Shown one piece after another: positions 57,330 through 64,000 of a stretch of 64,000 bases of DNA. The position numbers were made by a program, and so were the translations under genes. The DNA is from Octopus vulgaris (Eukaryota). Numbering within the stretch: position 1 is the first letter of the stretch; each line of letters opens with the position of its first letter. The notes under the pieces are model-generated. The model had not been told where the DNA came from. It saw only the letters and a list, made by a program, of their open reading frames with translations, and searched no databases. The DNA is taken from positions 53,754,001-53,818,000 of the forward strand of contig OX597824.1 of the NCBI GenBank assembly GCA_951406725.2, in the 5' to 3' direction.

Positions 57330-59200
57330 TCAACCTGTTTGATTTTTCTTATCAGATTATTCTATGAATCTGCCTTCAACTTCAATGACTGCTTCAATGT
57401 GGGACCAGAATCATTGACATGCCTGCACTAAATTTAGACATCATCTGGCCAATGGTGGCTTTCAGTGAAGCAATGTCCATTAGTCCCTTTTAACAATTCT
57501 TAAATCTGGTGAGATTGGAGACCACAAGTTTGGTGTTATGTGATTGTAAAGATTGTGTGACATCCATTTTTGGATTATGTGGGATTTGTAAGGTGATACT
57601 GAGTTTTACATAACTGTAAGAAAAAGAATAAATCTATTTCATTAAATGCTGCAGAATTGCAATCTTTTAATAATATCAAAGAAAAACTAACTAAATTACA
57701 CTTTTGGCCGATCTGATACTAGTTTACAAGCTATGCCTTTGAAAGTCAAGATATACTACATCAACATATGAATGTTCTATATTGTAACTGCCATTTATGA
57801 TAGATGCATCTGATATTGGAATCTGCAGGGTATTGCAACAATTCATTCAGAATACCTGGCAATCACTTTTTTTTCCAAGTGCTTTCAACCAGCAGACACA
57901 AGATACAGCACTTTTGGAATAGAACTATTGACCACTTATTTTATCTGTGAAGCATTTTCAACATTTCTTAGAAAGGTGACACCAATCATAAGCCATTGGC
58001 ACATGCACTGCATTCTAAAACTGATAGGTACTCTTCTAGAGATATCAGACGCCTTGGTTTTATTTTGCAATTCACAATATTTCACAATATTTGTTATATC
58101 AAGTGTTATAATTCTGAAGTATGCTTTGCATACTACTGATACAATTGATCTGCAACAGATTGCATTAGATCAGAAGAACAATGAAGAATTATTACTTCAA
58201 ACATCAGAATCATTCTCTTTAAATTTTTTTAATTATCATTGCACTTTTCTGACTCACTTATATGATGTGATGACTCTACTGGTTTTTATTGACTGTACAT
58301 CCCAGAGAATCATATATGGGCTGTTTTCTTCACTCTACATAATTTATCTCATCCAAGTATTTCAGCAACAGCAAAATTAATTTCAAATTGTTTTGTTTGG
58401 TCTAATATACAAAAGGAGATTTGTAATTGAGTGTACCATTATATACCCTGCCAAAAAGCTATGGTTCAGAACCACATCAAAATACCTTTGCTACTCTTAA
58501 TGCTTGTTTTAAGTATATCCACATAGATATCATATGCTCTTTGCCAATAGTCCAAGATAAAATGTATTTTTTTATCTACATAGATTGTTTTTCCAGATGG
58601 CCTGAAACCATACCAATTAAGGACATTTTATCCCTTACTGTTGGCTGAGTGGATTTCATGTTTTCGAACTCCTTTAACCATAATGAACAACAGAGGTTGT
58701 CAGTTTGAATTCAGTCTTTTTGTTAATCTATCTAACCTGCTAGGTATGCATCTAATTTGTACTACAGCTTATCACTCTATGTCTAACAGAATGATAAACC
58801 ATTTTTATTAACAACTTAAAACAGCTTAGTGAGCACATTCCAATTCAGAGATGGTTAGAAGTCTTGTTGATCACTTTATTAAGTTTTTGTTCAGCTGTTA
58901 AAGAGGACCTAGGTAACTCCCTGGCAGAATTACTGTATGGTTCACCACTTACACTGCTGGTCAAATGATAGTAGCTATCAACAATATGATCCAACCATGT
59001 TCATTGGTTCTGAAATTACTTAGTAGAATTACCACCATTAATAACAAGATCACAGTCAATTTAAACTTTTGTTCTACTTGGACTTGTGTTCTTGTATGCA
59101 ATGATGCAGACAAGCATTCCTTATAGACAGTTTATACTGACCCTCACTGTGTGTTTAAAGCTAAACCTAAGTATGTAGTTTTGGACATTCTGGCTTTTGT
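57330..59200 (+). mobile_element. Highly degenerate Gypsy pol, related to the element at 170-2990
   Basis: DASDIG (RNase H), IHIDII..LP...IDCFSRWPETIPI and TTAYHS (integrase), AELLYG. Confidence 0.8.
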
Positions 59201-59889
59201 TAAATTTCTTCTTTATTAACAACAACCTTCTTCTTCCCCTGCCACACCCACACAATCTACACTTACACATTATCTAATAACAATACATCTTCTAACAGAG
59301 TTACATGGAGTGGCAGAAGTGTACATAGGCTGGCTAAACATGCATGCACATACTTTTATTAAACAATATGCAACAAAGACTGTGTTTTCTTTTTCTAAAA
59401 AGGAAAAAGAACTGTTGAACTTTACACTTACTATGAATCTTTTTGCATGAATATTTGTCAATCTTTTCTCAATGATCAATGTATATATTTTTATTTTTGT
59501 TTTTGTATCTCTGTTAGTTCTTTTCCCTTCTCAGGCTATATGAATTTCATTTTAATTTTTTTCCATTCTCTTACATTTTCAATGCAAAAGAGAATTGGAA
59601 AGGAACTACTTGTAGCACATTCAAAACCAAATCGTCAAGTTAAAGTCACGGGTTAGCCATAACCATTTCCTATTAACTGAACAGTCAACATTGAGCCATC
59701 ACATGATGCCATCTTCTACAATCATCAGGAATGTCTCCTAACAGGGCTTATAAAATAGACAAGTTTAGGCACAAAATCTCAGAATGTTGAAAATTGCCAC
59801 CATGGAAACCAATGCAAAGGCATCCATTTCAGGCATTTGTATAAATCTTGATGCCAAAGAAAGGTACTAGCATTTCTAGAAATTTTCAC

Positions 59890-60960
59890 TTGCATATTAT
59901 TACATATCTCGTGTCTTTGCTCTAGGGAGAAAAGTTGTTGCTCTTTCAGCCTTCCCTGTAGTTCATAGGCTGCACTGGGGTAATCTTTTTGTGTAGTAGT
60001 GTTGGATCACTTCAAGCTCCATTGTTAGTTTGGTACCATGCAGTGACCATTACTGAAAGCAGTAGTCCAGGTGGCTGAGAACAAAGGTCTTCCATAGTAT
60101 CAACATCACTCTCTTGTCCTGTGGGACCTTTGCATCCATCCTAAATATCTACACTTTGTTACCATCATGGTAATGTGCACATGAAAGAATGTATTATTAT
60201 ACATACTGTCTCTCCCTGTCTGTGAGTCTTGGATTGCAGTACCTTCAGGTCCTGTACAAGCGGATTGTGGTGCATTTGTGAGCCGATAGTGAAGTTCTGG
60301 AAATTTTCCAGTATTAAACTGCATGTTGTTTCGTTGAACCCACTAATATATTGCATTTAGATCCTGATACAAGCTTGCAACATCATCAGAGTTCTAAGTG
60401 ATTGTGGACATGATTAAGAGAGCTACTATAAACAGTAATGATTCTTGGGGAGTTCACTCAGAATTTGTATTTCCTTAGAGAGGGCACCATTGGTTGCAAC
60501 TGCCTGGCTTCTAACTTTTAAGAAGACATGTAGCCACTCTCCAGTTTACCAGCCATGACATATCAGGCCATGGTTCACTTTGCCAAAGACCTTTGAAAGT
60601 CAAGATATACAACATCAACATTTGAATGGTTGAGCCCAGTCATAGTGCTGTAAGAGCTGTATAAGGCAGCTTCTTCCCAGACAGAAATCATGCTGAGAAT
60701 CTTTCAGTAAGTCATTTTCTTCTTGAAACATTATCAATTTCCTTCTGATGATTTGTTCCATGACTTTGGGGACATATTAAGTCAGAGATGGGCCCATAAT
60801 TTTTAGTCCCTGCTCTGCTCCCACCTTCGTGGATAGAGCATATAATACCCTTTTTTTCAGCTTTCTAGGATGCTTATCACTTGCAAGGAAACTCTGGAAA
60901 AGTATCTATAGTGGTTTCACTAAAGCTTGCTTATAATGTTGATAAGGAGGATTTAATTCT
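59890..60960 (-). mobile_element. Degenerate CR1-group LINE RT
   Basis: MQFNTGKF... and LSHLDYCF-like segments parallel the ORF at 30130-31107. Confidence 0.75.
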
Positions 60961-61659
60961 GATGTTTTTGTATTATATTGTGACTGATACCTAGTGGTCA
61001 GATATAATACATATTATGTTCTGTTTTATGGTTTTTGATGACATATTCATCTATTCCATACTTATGTGCATTTGGGTTATGTTTGTATATTTTGTTTGTT
61101 TGCTTTTACTGGATGTGATATCTGTGGGAGTGAATTTATTGTTTTACAGCTTGCTCTAGTAGTTTAAGTATCAATTGTCAGCTGGTTATACAGCAGCTGA
61201 GTAATAGATATTTATTGTTGCAATTAAATGGAATTAAGATTTTAAATTCAGCAGTAGTGATACCAGATATATCATCCCTTGATTCTTGCCAATTACAATA
61301 AAAATGTGAGGGGAAGAGGAGGAGCAACAGCTATTTCATCTGAAGATAAAAAAAACTTGAGAGACTAAGGAATTTTACTGTTCCAAATAAATGTAAGGAC
61401 AGTTAAACATAAATGGCTAATACAAATCATTAATAAAAAAGATTAAACTCAAACACATATATCTTTAATGTTTTTGCATGTGTGAGAATATGTTTATAAA
61501 TATTCATACATCTTTGTGTATACATGAGTGTACAATTCCAATTCACAATTGTGTGTAAATTTATTGCTATATGTATACAGTCAAGCAAATATGGTTAATT
61601 GTCCAAGTATCTTTGTTTTTGTTAATTCCTGATAATCAAACTCAGCAGACAGGAAAATT

Positions 61660-62450
61660 AATAATAATAAAAAGACCTTCATTTTCTGTCTTTTTAGGAC
61701 AGAAGTTATTGAGAAAACATTAGCTGACATGGAGGACTGGAAGCCATCTGAATATTGGAAAAGAGTTACCTGTAATCATGCTGATTTGTGCTGGGTATCA
61801 AAATACCAGCATCATGACTGCTGCGCAATGCTCTGTGAATATTGTAAAAGCTGTAAGACATGACATGGACAGCTGCAACAGAGACTACAAAGCCATGGCC
61901 ATCAGGAAGGGATATAGCAGATAGATTGACTGTGTCTGCAAGCCAGAATTCATCCCCACATCTTTTAAGAGGGCCTTAGGCTCAATTCAGACAGCTATAT
62001 GAAGCTACTGTGGACTGTGGTCAATCTCTGTCTGGAGAGTGTTGCAGCTGAAAGGCCATATTATGTGGCAACAGGATTTGGTTCATTGCTATACATCTGG
62101 AAAGAGTCAGACATGGTTGTTGAAGAATTTCTACAACTTCACCAGCCCCAATTTCTGGCCTCCTAATTCCCCTGATTATAATTCCCATGGATTACTATGT
62201 GTGGGAAACGGTTGAGAAATATACTAACTGCTCTGTTTGCAACACCAAGGCTGAGCTGGTGGCCAAAATCAAGGAGGTGTCCAAAGATCTTCTCAGACAC
62301 ACAGTGAGGAACACCTGTGCCAGGTTCTGAAGCAATCTTGAGGCTGAGGGTGGCTACTTTGAGTAAACTGTTATCTCCCAGCTTTAATCTAGTTGATATT
62401 TTTTGGTGTTTTAAAATACTTTTATTTTTGGATAGGATATTGAGTTCTAG
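61660..62450 (+). mobile_element. Tc1/maT-like transposon remnant
   Basis: WQQD..HCYTSGKSQTWL..NF...FWPPNSPD..PMDYYVW motif near 62065-62205. Confidence 0.8.
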
Positions 62451-62764
62451 AAGTGTTGTGTTCCACCTATCCTAGCCTGACAAACCAACCTACATCTCCC
62501 TTTCCCAAACTGTTTCTCTTCTCTTCCTCACATTTCCTCTTTATACACTATGATTATCTCCCACTCCCAAATCTAGTCATCCTACTCTGCTCACTGTATC
62601 ATTGCTTCCCCCACTACCCGTCCTTTCCCCCTCTATATATCCAGATTCTCACTAGTCACAACATTCCCCATTCCCACTCCCTAGTCATGACTTCTTGACA
62701 ATACCATGCCAGCACCTGCCACCATTCATCTTTCTCTTCTTACTCTATCATCCCATCCATGCCT

Positions 62765-63570
62765 TGATCGCAGAATCTCATGGAAGGAACTTTGGGCTTG
62801 GGAACAAGCAAGGACACCCTTCCTGATCAAGTCTACCTTCGACGTTTTACCCTCACCAGCGAATTTAGTCCGATGGAACATACAAACAACTGGTGAATGT
62901 AGATGCGGAGAGAAAGCGACGGTGAGACATGTTCTGTCAAACTGCAGGCTAGCACTAGACAGATATGCATGGCATCACAATCAAGTCCTCGGCATCATAA
63001 GGAGAAGATTGAAGGATATAATAGGAGAGAGTACCCAAAAGTGGAAAAGTGCAGAAAAATATACTTCCTGAAGGAGGGAAAAGGACATAAGGCTAGGCCT
63101 TCAAATAAAATATACAAGACAGACGAAAGATGGAAGGGATACTGGGAGCTGGCCATGGATTTGGAAAGACTATTAATATTTCCACTCATAAAAACGGCAA
63201 AAAGACCAGACTTAATTCTATGGAACACAGAACAGAGAATTGGAATTTTGCTAGAGCTGACTGTAACATGGGAAGAGAACATCACTAATGCAGAGCAACG
63301 GAAGGAGAAGAGGTGCCAAAACTTAATCAAAGAGTGCAGAGAACAGGGATGGACTGTCAAGTATTACCACCTGGCAGTGGGGGCAGAGGCTTTATTGAAA
63401 AGAAAATGACAACATTATTCAAAAGAAGGTTTGCATTGTCGAGCTCAGAGTTGAGAAATGTAATAAGGAGGATACAAGAGGCAGTCAAAAAAGTCAGCTT
63501 CTATATATGGTTGAAGTGAGAAGACCAAAAATGGCTTGACAGCCATAACATGCCAGCTGGGAAATAGCAT
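62765..63570 (+). mobile_element. RLE-type non-LTR retrotransposon 3' end (Hero-like)
   Basis: CCHC (CRCG...HVLSNC), RYAWHHNQVL, RPDLILW...LELTVTWEE...RK and VG.RGF; frameshifted. Confidence 0.85.
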
Positions 63571-63599
63571 TGCTAGGTGAGATTGGCTGACACTTAAGC

Positions 63600-64000
63600 A
63601 TCATCGTTGATTGACAGGTGGCGGTCTCATTCATGGTGCCCCCTCCTCCTGGTTCGAAGACTTGTACCATCAAACAGCTGATTGGCTCTGGCTGCTGGAA
63701 CTGAAACTAACACAACACTGTTGGAAGACAGGTTCAGAGAGGGTGCGAACTAAGATTACGTGCTCTTCTTCCCTTTCATTGGTCAGTTGGAGTTTAGACA
63801 GTGTTACGTGACAGCTACCTGGTGCTGGCTGCTGGAGCCTACCAGCGAGTATTTAAAGGAAAATTTGGCAGGATGGTCAGTCGCCCACTGACACTTGTTG
63901 ACACTGCATCAAAGAGGCCAGGCAACAGAAGAATGAAGGAGAAAGAAGAAATGCACTCAACACCAGAGCTGAAGACACCTCCAAAAGGGGGTGGCCCTAC
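63600..64000 (+). mobile_element. Fragment related to the 5' region of the Tigger at 30008-33746
   Basis: gtgacagct...ggctgctggagcctacc..agtatttaa (63808-63858) matches 33133-33181. Confidence 0.45.

Overview
AT-rich, repeat-dense eukaryotic (animal) DNA. The repeat families point to a coleoid cephalopod, probably Octopus (inference). The main host gene is a minus-strand glutaminyl-peptide cyclotransferase (QPCT, M28 family). Four phase-0 coding exons can be reconstructed: 54403-54347 (signal peptide), 23586-23449, 12890-12621 and 5566-5414; the remaining exons should lie left of the window. Introns and the upstream region are filled with nested transposon relics: Ty3/Gypsy, a near-complete RTE LINE with a PHD-like finger, CR1-like, Hero/RLE and Penelope retroelements, two pogo/Tigger elements (one with a spliceosomal intron), hAT MITEs, mariner/Tc1, piggyBac, Helitrons, tRNA-derived SINEs and a 4.3-kb TA-type microsatellite. 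The most notable non-standard signals are: (i) non-canonical U3-A8 minimal hammerhead ribozyme motifs, one of which has its predicted cleavage site exactly at the arm boundary of a ~120-bp foldback; (ii) a 192-bp near-perfect intronic hairpin; (iii) ATG|GTAAGT donors that could give signal-less QPCT isoforms; and (iv) a candidate divergent first exon beside QPCT exon 1. All calls were made by eye, and the boundaries of degenerate elements are approximate.
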